Virus record (IMG/VR): IMGVR_UViG_3300032116_000094
Coordinates: 1-64,000 of that record
DNA from: a virus
Lineage: Duplodnaviria > Heunggongvirae > Uroviricota > Caudoviricetes
Length of the DNA: 64,000 nucleotides
Reading direction: 5' to 3' (one strand)
This document shows positions 34,872-45,501 of the stretch, piece by piece. The notes beneath the pieces were generated by a model. It was given only the letters and a program-made list of their open reading frames with translations, searched no databases and had not been told where the DNA came from. A program made the translations under genes and the position numbers. Positions within the stretch are counted from its first letter, which is position 1, and each line of letters opens with the position of its first letter.

Positions 34872-35696
34872 TTAAACTTGGCTAGATTCCTTAAGCATTT
34901 CGTAAGCCCTAGCTAACCTTGTTAAACCAATACCTCCACCAAATCGCTCAAAGAAATTTAAACTAAGAAATTCTTCCAATTCTTTCTCAACTCGTTCTCT
35001 ACCAAATAATTCAAAAAGTTTATTGGCATATGCCCCATCCATTATGTTATAGAACATTTGCCTCATATAATTAACGTCACAAGATCTTTCCGCAGATCCA
35101 ATTGTTTCCTGCCCATAAAGGATAATATCTATCTTATTAAATAGATCATTTCCAGCATGTTTCATATTCCAAAATGGAGATGTCCTGTATGGAAATTTCT
35201 CTAAAGATATAACATTACCAAGTTCTTTCCACATCCTAGATTCGTGCTCATCCTCTAAAATAGGAACCCCTCCGTATTCATCACACATATCGTCATAGTT
35301 TCTACTAACCGGGCTAGAAAATCCTAGATAATCTAGAAGTTCAGCCTCCAATTTTTTAAGCTCAGCAAATCCCCCCTTTGACTCAAATTCAAACATAGGG
35401 AAAATTTTCTCATGTCTTCCAGGGATCGGGTTTTTCTCATTACGGTATGATGTGGAGACGCAAAACACACCTGGCCAATCAGGGTTCTTCAGAAGCTCAT
35501 ATTCAAGCCACATTTGACCCGTTTGTGGTAGAGGCCATACTACTCCATCGTATTCAAAAGTCGCCACAGAGTGGGGATTTTCGCACGCAGCGAGTATTGA
35601 TAATCTGGACTGAGTAGGTACCTCAATCCATCCTTTAGATAAAAAGAAAGATCTCATTTTAGAGACTAGTTCGTGATATGTTTTTGTTTGTTTCAT
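34872..35696 (-). CDS. AsnA-like / truncated class-II aminoacyl-tRNA-synthetase catalytic core (AsnRS/AspRS-type), no anticodon-binding domain
   Basis: ORF 274 aa. Motif 2-like YRNEKNPIPGRHEKIFPMFEFE. ETIGSAER. Motif 3-like FERFGGGIGLTRLARAYE. Confidence 0.55.
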   Translation of the reverse strand: MKQTKTYHELVSKMRSFFLSKGWIEVPTQSRLSILAACENPHSVATFEYDGVVWPLPQTGQMWLEYELLKNPDWPGVFCVSTSYRNEKNPIPGRHEKIFPMFEFESKGGFAELKKLEAELLDYLGFSSPVSRNYDDMCDEYGGVPILEDEHESRMWKELGNVISLEKFPYRTSPFWNMKHAGNDLFNKIDIILYGQETIGSAERSCDVNYMRQMFYNIMDGAYANKLFELFGRERVEKELEEFLSLNFFERFGGGIGLTRLARAYEMLKESSQV

Positions 35697-35742
35697 TTTA
35701 TTTATTTAGATCAAAAATAATAAATAAATGATGGTTTGTAAA

Positions 35743-36669
35743 TCATAACTGCTCAATTAATTCAGGTTTCCCAACAACTAGACTATATCTATTATGAAGA
35801 TTAGAATTGGTTGCTACTGTAATATACATTAAAACTAAGGTCATATATATATGTTCAACTAACTCATTTTTAGTTTTCTTAAAATATTCATAATTAAATA
35901 TTTCCGGCCTATTTGTTAATAGGTTATATTTAACATTTATTTCTGAATTTTTAACTACCATATCTGTTATCACAATATATTTAGTTAGATTTCTATTACT
36001 TGAAACATCAATAAACTTCTTGCTCATAACATGTTTTTTAAATTGTTCAAAAAAATACATAGTTAAATTATGTATTATCACATATATTTCTGTTGTTCTT
36101 TGTTTTAACGCAAATTCTAAATCAAATGTAGTTGCCTGTCTGATAATATGTTTTAATTGTTTACCATAAAAAGATTTCGACATAATATTAGGATCACTAT
36201 GATATTTGTTAATATTTTGAATAATATTAACATTATTGTAGGCAATATAATTTATTTCCCCCCCAATTTCACGGCATACGTATTTTTTATCCCTACCTTT
36301 ATACCACTCACCAACTACAATTCCCGAAATAAATGGAAATCCACACAAACCTAATAATAAAGATTCATTAGTACTTACAGGAAAAACTAATTTAGACCCA
36401 AAAATATCTTTTTCTGTTATTTTTGAACGAGGAATACCTTTCACTCTGGATAATTCTGTTAAATAACGATATCTGAGCGTGAAAATAAATGGAGGTAAAT
36501 CAAATATCTTATCCAAAGAAAATGTCTCAACTAACTTTATAAAAGTTCTATAAGGATAACTACTCATGTCAATCATAGCTAAAGAAAATTCTTCTGAGCT
36601 TAATTCAGAGAATCTCTTTTCTATTAGAGAATATACTTTAAATTCTAAATCAGAAATTTTAGGCTTCAT
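35743..36669 (-). CDS. Array-B paralog (308 aa)
   Basis: ORF. Shared family motifs (..Y.YL.LLS.KLN.P...IT..D.., W...G.GYKYV, NG.FYY). Confidence 0.6.
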   Translation of the reverse strand: MKPKISDLEFKVYSLIEKRFSELSSEEFSLAMIDMSSYPYRTFIKLVETFSLDKIFDLPPFIFTLRYRYLTELSRVKGIPRSKITEKDIFGSKLVFPVSTNESLLLGLCGFPFISGIVVGEWYKGRDKKYVCREIGGEINYIAYNNVNIIQNINKYHSDPNIMSKSFYGKQLKHIIRQATTFDLEFALKQRTTEIYVIIHNLTMYFFEQFKKHVMSKKFIDVSSNRNLTKYIVITDMVVKNSEINVKYNLLTNRPEIFNYEYFKKTKNELVEHIYMTLVLMYITVATNSNLHNRYSLVVGKPELIEQL

Positions 36670-36685
36670 TAGTTTGTTGTGGTTT

Positions 36686-37582
36686 TTATATATAATTGAC
36701 TGCGCATCGATAATTGTAATTCAAAAACTCAGTTTTCTTTATAAGGAATTCTTTGTATTGGCGATCAAGATATTGTTGACCAGAATATAAGCTAATTTTA
36801 TCCATAAATTTATTTATTTTACGGCAATAAAAATTTACTGTTCTATCTTCATGATTTACAACAACATTATCTAAAATAATACTAAAAACGTCTTTTAATT
36901 TAATATGAACTAAACGTGCATCATCACTTTTTATGTAAGTTTTAAAGTCATCAGTGATTGTTCTTAATATAACAGCTACAATATAATCGAAGTCAGCATC
37001 CGAACTTTGGTTTAAAACTATATTAAGATCATTCTTTTTGCATTTTGCAATAATACACTGTTTATTATTCATTACATCATATATATTATAGTATTTAGTA
37101 AAAAGATCATTTTCATGAAAAACCATGTTATTAAATGAAACTAAATTTATCATCCCCGTAGGATTTCTACCAACATATTTAAACCCATTTTTTCTATGCT
37201 CCCATTTGGAATGAAAATTATCAGACATAATAGGAAACCCAAATGCAACCAGTTCTCCTATTACCGAATAACCAACATTAATGTTAAGGACATTATTTAT
37301 TATATCATCAACGGTAATCTGACTTAGGCTTTTATTCAATTTTTCGGATAATAAAGTTAAATAATAGTATCGCATATAAAACAATTTGGTAGGATACCCT
37401 GTACTATCTTCAACATTTAAAGTCTCCATTAATTTTACAAATCTGGTATATAATTTACCTCCACTAATAAAACTAGCATATCCTGGGGCATATTTAAACA
37501 TCATTTTTTTTGGATCATACCCCATAAATTTATTAAATGTTCTATATAAATTAGGTTCAAAACTGAATATCTTTGGTTCCAT
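36686..37582 (-). CDS. Array-B paralog (298 aa)
   Basis: ORF. Family motifs. Confidence 0.6.
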   Translation of the reverse strand: MEPKIFSFEPNLYRTFNKFMGYDPKKMMFKYAPGYASFISGGKLYTRFVKLMETLNVEDSTGYPTKLFYMRYYYLTLLSEKLNKSLSQITVDDIINNVLNINVGYSVIGELVAFGFPIMSDNFHSKWEHRKNGFKYVGRNPTGMINLVSFNNMVFHENDLFTKYYNIYDVMNNKQCIIAKCKKNDLNIVLNQSSDADFDYIVAVILRTITDDFKTYIKSDDARLVHIKLKDVFSIILDNVVVNHEDRTVNFYCRKINKFMDKISLYSGQQYLDRQYKEFLIKKTEFLNYNYRCAVNYI

Positions 37583-37603
37583 ATTTTTATTTAATAATTT
37601 TTA

Positions 37604-38527
37604 CTACGTATTAAAATTTAAGTTAATATTTAAATTATATAACTCACTTAATTTTGATTTACTATAAACATAGTCAGAATATTGTTTATAAATACCATGC
37701 CACCAGGTACTCTTAATATTATCTATAAGCTGATCATCATAATCATCTGGAGCACTAACTATATTTATGTTTACTGTCATTTTTTTAGCCCTTGAATCTA
37801 CTTCAAATGTTGCATTCGCGGAATAAAAAAAATCCCACTCACGATAAAAACCCGTAACACCAAAATGATCCTTAGCATTATCACAGAAAGACTCCGTAAG
37901 GTTTTCACTAATTGCCCCAATTATATCCCGATTTTTTGTGTTTAATATAACCCTAAGATCCTCTTGTTTACAAGGAACTATACCATTAAGCCAGATAACT
38001 ACATCAAATAATTCTTCATCGTAATAAAAAATACCATTTTCAAGAATAATACCAAGTAAAATATTATCTGAAGTTCTAGCTACATATCTTTTTGATTTTA
38101 TATCCCAAGAACCGACAATACTTTTATTAGATGGAGATTTAAAAATCCATATTTTTTTTGCTGTAAAAGGAAATCCCCCCCGGATAATTCCAAACATTTC
38201 CTCAGCATAAAATGTGGGAATTTGTATTGGCTTTGCATTATAAACGTCAGACTCTGTTATTTCGTTTACAGGTTTATTTAATTTTTGTGATAGTAATTTT
38301 AAATAGATATAACGAGAAACCGCCATATTAATCGTAAAAGACTGAAATTTATAGCTAGGCATTTTTAGTTTTTCAAGACGTCTGGTCATCCTATGAATAA
38401 CAACGCCTAAACTAAAACTATCAGACATTATGTTTTGGTTAAAATCTTCTAGGTATATTTTAAGTTCTCTTTCAATCAATACTCTAAGAGCTTTCTCTAA
38501 TGGAGAAATTGTAAGCATTATTTTCAT
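37604..38527 (-). CDS. Array-B paralog (307 aa)
   Basis: ORF. Family motifs. Confidence 0.6.
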   Translation of the reverse strand: MKIMLTISPLEKALRVLIERELKIYLEDFNQNIMSDSFSLGVVIHRMTRRLEKLKMPSYKFQSFTINMAVSRYIYLKLLSQKLNKPVNEITESDVYNAKPIQIPTFYAEEMFGIIRGGFPFTAKKIWIFKSPSNKSIVGSWDIKSKRYVARTSDNILLGIILENGIFYYDEELFDVVIWLNGIVPCKQEDLRVILNTKNRDIIGAISENLTESFCDNAKDHFGVTGFYREWDFFYSANATFEVDSRAKKMTVNINIVSAPDDYDDQLIDNIKSTWWHGIYKQYSDYVYSKSKLSELYNLNINLNFNT

Positions 38528-39465
38528 ACATCAATAACCGTCTTAAAATTAAATTTATATGTACTCCATAATCTACTATCACAATCTGCGTTTAGTTTAA
38601 TTTGGGTTAGAAAATATTCAGTAATCTTATTTTCAAAATTTTTATCTTTTTTTATTTTTAAAAAGATATCTTCTAAATCAACAGTATTTTTGTTTACCTC
38701 ACGTCTAACCTTATTCTTATCTACGGATACGTGCAGTGTAATATTCAGATCTTTTAAACGAACTTTTTCTAGTGTTAAATCTAATAATATAGTTTCACCA
38801 TCAATGAAATAATAATGCTCAAAATTTTTAAGTTCAGTGTATAGAAATTTTTTAATACAATCTATAAATTTAGTTTTTACTAAACCCAAAATAGACTCAT
38901 AATTTAAATTAGGTAGTTTGCTAATTGCAGCCATATCTGAATGGCTAACAGGTATAATAAATAAAGATTTAAGTTCTATAAAAATACTTGTGTTAACTAA
39001 ACCATAGTACCCATAATGTTTTACGCCATTATAAAGATAAACGATGTCATTAGTATCAGTATCCCGAATAATATATTTATACCCATTTCCCTCGTCAACC
39101 CAATTCGATTTATATTTTTCACTTAAAAACTTAATTTTAAATTTTATTAGTTGAGCTGTCATTTCATTATCAGCGTCTATATTATATATCTCCGCATTAA
39201 TAATATCATCTATTGTTAATTTAGATATCTTTTTTTTGCGTATCTGGGATAAAACTGTTAAAGCAAAATATACTATGTAACACTTACGTGACGCGCTATT
39301 AAACTTATTTGGTATACCAAAATATTTTAATATACGAGATATATGATCATGCAACTCATCTCCAGATATAAGATCATATAATTTAGGACCACCTAAAGTA
39401 AGACCTATCTGTTTGTCTATGGTGTTAAATATAACAATATCTTGCTTGGTTAATCCTTCTAACAT
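38524..39465 (-). CDS. Array-B paralog (313 aa)
   Basis: ORF. Family motifs. 4-nt overlap with previous. Confidence 0.6.
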   Translation of the reverse strand: MLEGLTKQDIVIFNTIDKQIGLTLGGPKLYDLISGDELHDHISRILKYFGIPNKFNSASRKCYIVYFALTVLSQIRKKKISKLTIDDIINAEIYNIDADNEMTAQLIKFKIKFLSEKYKSNWVDEGNGYKYIIRDTDTNDIVYLYNGVKHYGYYGLVNTSIFIELKSLFIIPVSHSDMAAISKLPNLNYESILGLVKTKFIDCIKKFLYTELKNFEHYYFIDGETILLDLTLEKVRLKDLNITLHVSVDKNKVRREVNKNTVDLEDIFLKIKKDKNFENKITEYFLTQIKLNADCDSRLWSTYKFNFKTVIDV

Positions 39466-39493
39466 AATTTTTTAATACTATATTTATAAATAT

Positions 39494-40432
39494 CTACTCA
39501 TTGAGTAGTAGAGAAAAAACTAAAGTTCCCAAATTTAATACTTTACTTTTTGGGCTATATTTATAATAAACCTCAAAAACCAATGGCAATAGTTCATGCC
39601 TTAAATTAGTTTTAACCTCATCGTCAATCGGATCAGTTGTAAAGTGAAACTTTAAATCTTTTTTATTAAAAACTATTTTAGATAACCTAACATTAAAAGG
39701 ATAGTTTTCGAATATCAAAGCAAACCTGCGTATCTTAATAATCTTTTTGTACAATCTTTCAACTCGTTTAGCTTCAAGCTCAAGAAGCTTATTGCGCACT
39801 CCATCATAATCTAAATCAAGTTTTTCAATAACTTTCAAATCGTATGCATTCGCACTAACGTATTTTTTGCTAAATTCTGGAGAAACCTCTGATGAGGTAT
39901 AAAATTCGTTTACGTATTGTACCCCGTTAGAAAATATAGATACAAGATTAGTTCTACTATAGTAGTATAAATATTTTAACCCTTTAGATTTATCCCAGAG
40001 TCCAGATGAATCATAATGACCACGTGTAGAGCGAAAAGGAAATAAATAATACAAACAAATATTATCCATGAAACCTTCATTGATTATAATTTGTTCCGAA
40101 TTCGAGATATCAGTAAACGTCAATTCACTTCTACTTTTACCCAGCTTATATGCTATCTGTGTAGCAATAAGATACTTATAAAAGTAATAAGTTTCATAAT
40201 TACTATTCGGTTTTAACCCAAGAAACTTACTTTGCTTGTAAAAAACCACCCTAATATTATAATTTAAAGACAGAATATCTTTCGTAGTGTAAAAAAATAT
40301 ATCAAAAATTCCTGGGGGGATATCATACGGTTTAAGTCTTCTTTCCGAAAGAAATTTTTTAATATAAGCACGTAGTGATTTATCAATTAAATCAAAAGCT
40401 CTTACTTCGAAATTACTAAAATATTTGGCCAT
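39494..40432 (-). CDS. Array-B paralog (312 aa)
   Basis: ORF. Family motifs. Confidence 0.6.
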   Translation of the reverse strand: MAKYFSNFEVRAFDLIDKSLRAYIKKFLSERRLKPYDIPPGIFDIFFYTTKDILSLNYNIRVVFYKQSKFLGLKPNSNYETYYFYKYLIATQIAYKLGKSRSELTFTDISNSEQIIINEGFMDNICLYYLFPFRSTRGHYDSSGLWDKSKGLKYLYYYSRTNLVSIFSNGVQYVNEFYTSSEVSPEFSKKYVSANAYDLKVIEKLDLDYDGVRNKLLELEAKRVERLYKKIIKIRRFALIFENYPFNVRLSKIVFNKKDLKFHFTTDPIDDEVKTNLRHELLPLVFEVYYKYSPKSKVLNLGTLVFSLLLNE

Positions 40433-41346
40433 TATATATATTTTTTACCATTTATGTATATACTAGTTTCGCCAGAATCTAACAAACGGCTATGAAAGAT
40501 GAAAGCACTACGTTGTAAATTATTCATTACATGAAGAAGCGTTTTAGCCACATTATTTAATAATTCATCTGTTTTTATTTTTGATTTAAAATAAAAATTT
40601 ATATTTTCTTTTCCGGAGTAATCAATTTTAATTAGCTTGGACTGAGTTTCTGCAAGATATTTTATATATTTTCCATCTTCATGTACTTCATACATACGTT
40701 TCAATTCTTTTATACTTAATTTCTTTATTTTATCTATATAACCACTATAATCTAAATCATAGGTTTCTATAACTTCAAGATCACGGATTGAACAAGGTCT
40801 AGCAAAATCACTAAAAATACTTGGGATAGTGAAATTATATGTATCATAATTATAGTAGAACTCCCCATTTGTATATATAAACCAAAGTCCTGAACTATAA
40901 ACTTTATACTTAAGACCATTCTTGTTAACCCAAACAGCTTTCATATCATCCCCAGTGAAAGGTATCAAATTAGCAATTGCTGCTGTCGCCCACTCGTTAT
41001 CTTTTACTAAGATATCTTTCGCATTTATAATATCCTTTTGTGTCAAATAATTTATGTGCTTATCTAACTTTGCCGCTATTTCTGAGCAAAGTATATATTT
41101 GACATATAAAACGGTTAAATCACCTTGTATTCCAAAAAATTTAGCTTTTTTAATGAAAATTTCTTCCGATTTTTGAGCAAAACCTGCTGATAGGTAAATA
41201 TATCGATATAAATCGAAACTAATTTTCAGTTTTCTAACTGGATTATAATACTGAAAAGTCTTCGCAGCTTCATATAATGACTCTTCAACTTTTTTTAAAA
41301 AAAATATTTCACGACTATTAAATACTATGCCCATAATTATAAACAT
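40432..41346 (-). CDS. Array-B paralog (304 aa; start may be internal)
   Basis: ORF. Family motifs. 5' end overlaps the upstream paralog by ~29 nt. Confidence 0.55.
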   Translation of the reverse strand: MFIIMGIVFNSREIFFLKKVEESLYEAAKTFQYYNPVRKLKISFDLYRYIYLSAGFAQKSEEIFIKKAKFFGIQGDLTVLYVKYILCSEIAAKLDKHINYLTQKDIINAKDILVKDNEWATAAIANLIPFTGDDMKAVWVNKNGLKYKVYSSGLWFIYTNGEFYYNYDTYNFTIPSIFSDFARPCSIRDLEVIETYDLDYSGYIDKIKKLSIKELKRMYEVHEDGKYIKYLAETQSKLIKIDYSGKENINFYFKSKIKTDELLNNVAKTLLHVMNNLQRSAFIFHSRLLDSGETSIYINGKKYI

Positions 41347-42262
41347 TAATACCGTTTATGTTTAACCGAACCCTAGAGTATGAAAAGTTAGATAAGTTAC
41401 CTATGTTATTATATGACATATGAATAAAAGTTGCAATGCCGTCTCCAAGTTTATGTATACTTTTTTCCGATAAATTAGAAATATCACGGTTAAGTGGTGT
41501 TTTAAGATCAACGATTAATATTTTATCTAATATTTTAAAATCATCCAAAACCAACCCTTCATCTTTAAAATTAGCATCAAATTTCAGTTGCTCTGTCAAA
41601 AATTTTTTTAATTTTTTAAAATTTAATTTTGTAAGATAATCAACTAACTCTTCATGGCTAAAATCATGATTCATAATTATATTTAATTCACGAGCAGTCG
41701 ATTTTTCTTTATTTGGTAAATATGTCCCAATATATGGGGGACTTGAATGATTAAATACGTTATCATTATAATAATATACCCCATTAGTATAAACTAGAGC
41801 TAAATTTTGATTTTTTTTAACAACATATTTTAAGCCATTAACTTCAACCCAATTTGAGATAAATGATTTTGATCTGCTTGGCACCAATAACGATATTGCC
41901 GGTAAAAAATCAGGCCTTGATACAAGGATAGGTGTAAAATTAATTACATCTGACATTGTTAGATCTTTAACCGGTTTATTATTTCTTGCAGCAATCTCTG
42001 AATACAAAAGATATTTGACAATCTCTCGTCGTGGATTAACATTATAATAACCCAATTTATTTAATAACTTCATAAGTTCTTTAAATGAAAATTGACTAAA
42101 ATCAGGTAAATAAATATAATCATCATATATTTTTGTGAGGAAACTAGGATTTATATACTTCTCCGGCGGGCTATCACCAAAATATTTGCGATAAATATGA
42201 TTAATATATTTATTAATTATACCATAAGAAATAACATCTCTATTATTTAATAATCTTTCCAC
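41318..42262 (-). CDS. Array-B paralog (314 aa)
   Basis: ORF. Family motifs. Confidence 0.6.
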   Translation of the reverse strand: MERLLNNRDVISYGIINKYINHIYRKYFGDSPPEKYINPSFLTKIYDDYIYLPDFSQFSFKELMKLLNKLGYYNVNPRREIVKYLLYSEIAARNNKPVKDLTMSDVINFTPILVSRPDFLPAISLLVPSRSKSFISNWVEVNGLKYVVKKNQNLALVYTNGVYYYNDNVFNHSSPPYIGTYLPNKEKSTARELNIIMNHDFSHEELVDYLTKLNFKKLKKFLTEQLKFDANFKDEGLVLDDFKILDKILIVDLKTPLNRDISNLSEKSIHKLGDGIATFIHMSYNNIGNLSNFSYSRVRLNINGINVYNYGHSI

Positions 42263-42325
42263 AACCCGCTTTTAATTTTTAAATGTTTATGTATATACTT
42301 ATCAAGATACTCATATAGTGCGGTT

Positions 42326-43255
42326 TCACTTTTTGTTATTAGATTTTCCATATATTTTAATTTCTACGTTTATTTCATATTTATTCGGAATATCAAGAGC
42401 ATATTCATATGGCTCCCCCATTATAGATTTTAATAATCTATCTTTCACTACATCCTCAAAATAAGCTTTAGATCCTGAAGTTATTGAATTTTTCTCAGAA
42501 GTAATTTTAAAATTAAAGCCATTTTTTGTTTTTTTAACTTCATTGACTAAAAATTTTTCAGAAACATGGCCAGCTATATTAACGGTTATAGACCCAAAGT
42601 ATACCTGGAAATATTCATATACTTTTTTATGAACAAATTTTTTAACTTGTTCCAAAGTATAGTCATTTTCGGCAATATAATTTATTAAACTTGGTCCAAC
42701 AGAAATAAGGTTAAATTTTTTTGCAATATTATCAAAAGGAATATTTGGTGCAAAATAATAGTATTCTCCATTTGAATATACAAATGATGCCTGATCTTCG
42801 ATAGAATTGTTATAATAAACATAATTATTGCCTTTATCCTTAATCCATTTGGATGCTCCAACAGCTCCTTGAGCTGTTTTAAATGGAATTTTAGAAATTA
42901 AAAGAGCCGGAATAAATGAAACTACAGTTTTTTGTTGCGGCAGTTTCATTAAATCATTAATATCTATTTCTGAATAATTTTTACCAAATAAATTTTTTAT
43001 CGTTGAAAAATGTATGTATCTACCAAAATAATAATTAAACATCATCCCTGCTGTAGATACCCCCAATCTAGATAAAACAGATTTAAACGTTTTCATAATA
43101 AATTCTCTATTCACAATGTTATTAACATATGCACTAGCCATATCACCAATAAATTCGTCAGCCATAGATGGAGCATATAACATAAATTTTTGATAAATTA
43201 ACCTATCAGCCGCACTAAAAAGTGTTATATCAAATTTAGATAAAACTCTACTCAT
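42326..43255 (-). CDS. Array-B paralog (309 aa)
   Basis: ORF. Family motifs. Confidence 0.6.
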   Translation of the reverse strand: MSRVLSKFDITLFSAADRLIYQKFMLYAPSMADEFIGDMASAYVNNIVNREFIMKTFKSVLSRLGVSTAGMMFNYYFGRYIHFSTIKNLFGKNYSEIDINDLMKLPQQKTVVSFIPALLISKIPFKTAQGAVGASKWIKDKGNNYVYYNNSIEDQASFVYSNGEYYYFAPNIPFDNIAKKFNLISVGPSLINYIAENDYTLEQVKKFVHKKVYEYFQVYFGSITVNIAGHVSEKFLVNEVKKTKNGFNFKITSEKNSITSGSKAYFEDVVKDRLLKSIMGEPYEYALDIPNKYEINVEIKIYGKSNNKK

Positions 43256-43256
43256 A

Positions 43257-44156
43257 TTACTCTACTTCAATTATAAAATTTAATTTTGATATATCTATCA
43301 AATTACGATAAATTCTTATTATGTAAGAATTAATAAGAGCAACTTTTATCGCTCCGCCGTTTATTAGTTCTTCATATAAACTGTTAGTAAGATATTGGCC
43401 TATAACTTTAAACTTAAATTTAAATGTCCTCTTAGAGAAAGATACGCCAATAATTTTTAAATCCACATTTTTTTCAGAAAGAGTTCTCGCTGTCAATAAT
43501 AAATCGATATATGTTTTAGCTTTTCGACCCATACTAATTATTGCTGCTTTTTCGATATCTGCTGAACGATTATCATATATAATCGACATCTCAGGATCAT
43601 TCACTAAACGGATGTCTGGCCCAAGATTTGATGTGTCAAATTCTTGCCAGTCAGGAAAAGCTATTTTATTCCTATAAAGAATACCTCCAGAATAAATCCA
43701 AGAAATAATCCGGCTCCCATTTATATCAGTAATTACAACATATTTTTGTCCTTTAAAATTTACCCATTTACCTATAGATTTAAGTGTAAATGGTACTTTA
43801 AAAAAAATCGCAGCAGAAACTGCTGACTGATTATGCATAAAACCAGGACCACGTATATGACTTTCCATAAAATCTTCTTGAGTTAAAGATTTACGGTTTT
43901 TATTATGTTTATAACAAACATGTGAGCTAAAAATATATTTAAAAAACATAAATCCAAAGTTATCTCTTTGATAACCAAAAAAAGGTATTTTTTTTAAAAA
44001 AGCATTTTTTATCTCATCATGATATTTGTTATACATAGAAAGCATATCTTTCTGCTGGTCATTTTGAAAGACAATATTAGATAATACATTTTCACTAATG
44101 TATTTATCTATGCTTTCAAATGCAACTATTTCCCTTTTTGTGAAAAATTCTGGCAT
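43257..44156 (-). CDS. Array-B paralog (299 aa)
   Basis: ORF. Family motifs. Confidence 0.6.
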   Translation of the reverse strand: MPEFFTKREIVAFESIDKYISENVLSNIVFQNDQQKDMLSMYNKYHDEIKNAFLKKIPFFGYQRDNFGFMFFKYIFSSHVCYKHNKNRKSLTQEDFMESHIRGPGFMHNQSAVSAAIFFKVPFTLKSIGKWVNFKGQKYVVITDINGSRIISWIYSGGILYRNKIAFPDWQEFDTSNLGPDIRLVNDPEMSIIYDNRSADIEKAAIISMGRKAKTYIDLLLTARTLSEKNVDLKIIGVSFSKRTFKFKFKVIGQYLTNSLYEELINGGAIKVALINSYIIRIYRNLIDISKLNFIIEVE

Positions 44157-44167
44157 AAAAATATTGA

Positions 44168-45127
44168 TTAGAATTTAATATTTATATCTGACAAATCTAT
44201 AGAATCCGCACTAAAAACACTTGTATTTAAATCATACCCATGTTTATCAAATTGAATTAAAAAATACACCTTATCATGCACCCTATTTTTAATAGCAATT
44301 TTTTCATCTAGGCTAAGATCCTTAGGGTTAATTTTTGAGTTGTTTTCAGCATCTATTATATTGATTATTTTTATATCAAAAATAATTTTTTCATTTTCAT
44401 TTCTTATACTAGTAAATTTAAAGTAAATATCCGTATCTTCATCTGGTGGGGCTGAAATATAATATCTGTTTTGCTGATCATCCCCTAACTTAAACCCTTT
44501 AGTAAAATCAACAGCAAGTTGATCGTATATGGCTTTTTTAAATGAATTATCTTTGTCAATTTTACTATTAATAACGGTCTCTAACTCAAATAACGTAACA
44601 TGACGAGTTTCGTCAGTTATTCCTTTCGGTAACTTTATATTACGGCCAAAAGTATTTACCGTGTTGTATTTTAACTTATATTTCTCATTATTTACATAAG
44701 CAAAAAAAGGCACCACATCACTAAACCTTTTTTCATAACATACATATTTAAGCCCAGTATCTGATTGATTAATCCAGCGGCTTATTGTAGAAGCGTCTAC
44801 ACAATCATACTCTAAAAAATTTAGAATAAATGCATTTTGTAACTCGCGATTTCTAATTTTAAATTTTTGACCAATCAAATCTTTAAAATCAAGATCAATT
44901 AATTTTTTATTTCTATTTTTTGCTATTATATTATAACACAAATATTTAATACCATAATAGTCGTCAGAATTAGGGTACAAAATCCCGAAATATCTTAAAT
45001 ATTTGCGAACGAATAATATCATTCCAAAATAATTTTCATTAGACACTGAAAACAGATCCTTGTTTTTTAATTTTTTATCTAAATAACTAAATAATTTAAT
45101 TTCGAAGTCCGATACTAACTTAATCAT
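44168..45127 (-). CDS. Array-B paralog (319 aa, most divergent)
   Basis: ORF. Weaker family similarity. Confidence 0.5.
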   Translation of the reverse strand: MIKLVSDFEIKLFSYLDKKLKNKDLFSVSNENYFGMILFVRKYLRYFGILYPNSDDYYGIKYLCYNIIAKNRNKKLIDLDFKDLIGQKFKIRNRELQNAFILNFLEYDCVDASTISRWINQSDTGLKYVCYEKRFSDVVPFFAYVNNEKYKLKYNTVNTFGRNIKLPKGITDETRHVTLFELETVINSKIDKDNSFKKAIYDQLAVDFTKGFKLGDDQQNRYYISAPPDEDTDIYFKFTSIRNENEKIIFDIKIINIIDAENNSKINPKDLSLDEKIAIKNRVHDKVYFLIQFDKHGYDLNTSVFSADSIDLSDINIKF

Positions 45128-45177
45128 ACAAATTATATAATAGCAAATTAGCCCCCATTTTAGGTGGGGGCTTTCAG

Positions 45178-45498
45178 TTAATTAACATCAACAAAAGAAT
45201 TAGGAAACATTTTACACGCTCTGAGATAATTCTCCAATAATGGGATAAATTCTTTGTAAGCAGTTTTTATCTTCTCATCTTCTGAGTTTATATAAACGTC
45301 TTCTTGTTCTTTTAATTTATCTAGGCCACTGCTTATAGGTTTTATCAATTCTCTGGCAGCTTTTATTCCAACCGCATTAGGTTTCCAAAGAATTCTATAA
45401 AGGCCAACATTTGTCGCAATTTCACATAAATTTCTAGATAATTTTGTTGAAAAAACCGTATCTTGGTTTTTTGATGTTAAACACAATGTTTGTTCCAT
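45178..45498 (-). CDS. Hypothetical protein (106 aa)
   Basis: ORF. Confidence 0.5.
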   Translation of the reverse strand: MEQTLCLTSKNQDTVFSTKLSRNLCEIATNVGLYRILWKPNAVGIKAARELIKPISSGLDKLKEQEDVYINSEDEKIKTAYKEFIPLLENYLRACKMFPNSFVDVN

Positions 45499-45501
45499 AA
45501 T

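Noticed and set aside
34489-37667. Plus-strand ORFs 34489..34770, 36157..36354, 36566..36790, 37386..37667
   Set aside because: They are antisense to minus-strand genes with paralog support (array B) or better coding characteristics. The products are low-complexity.
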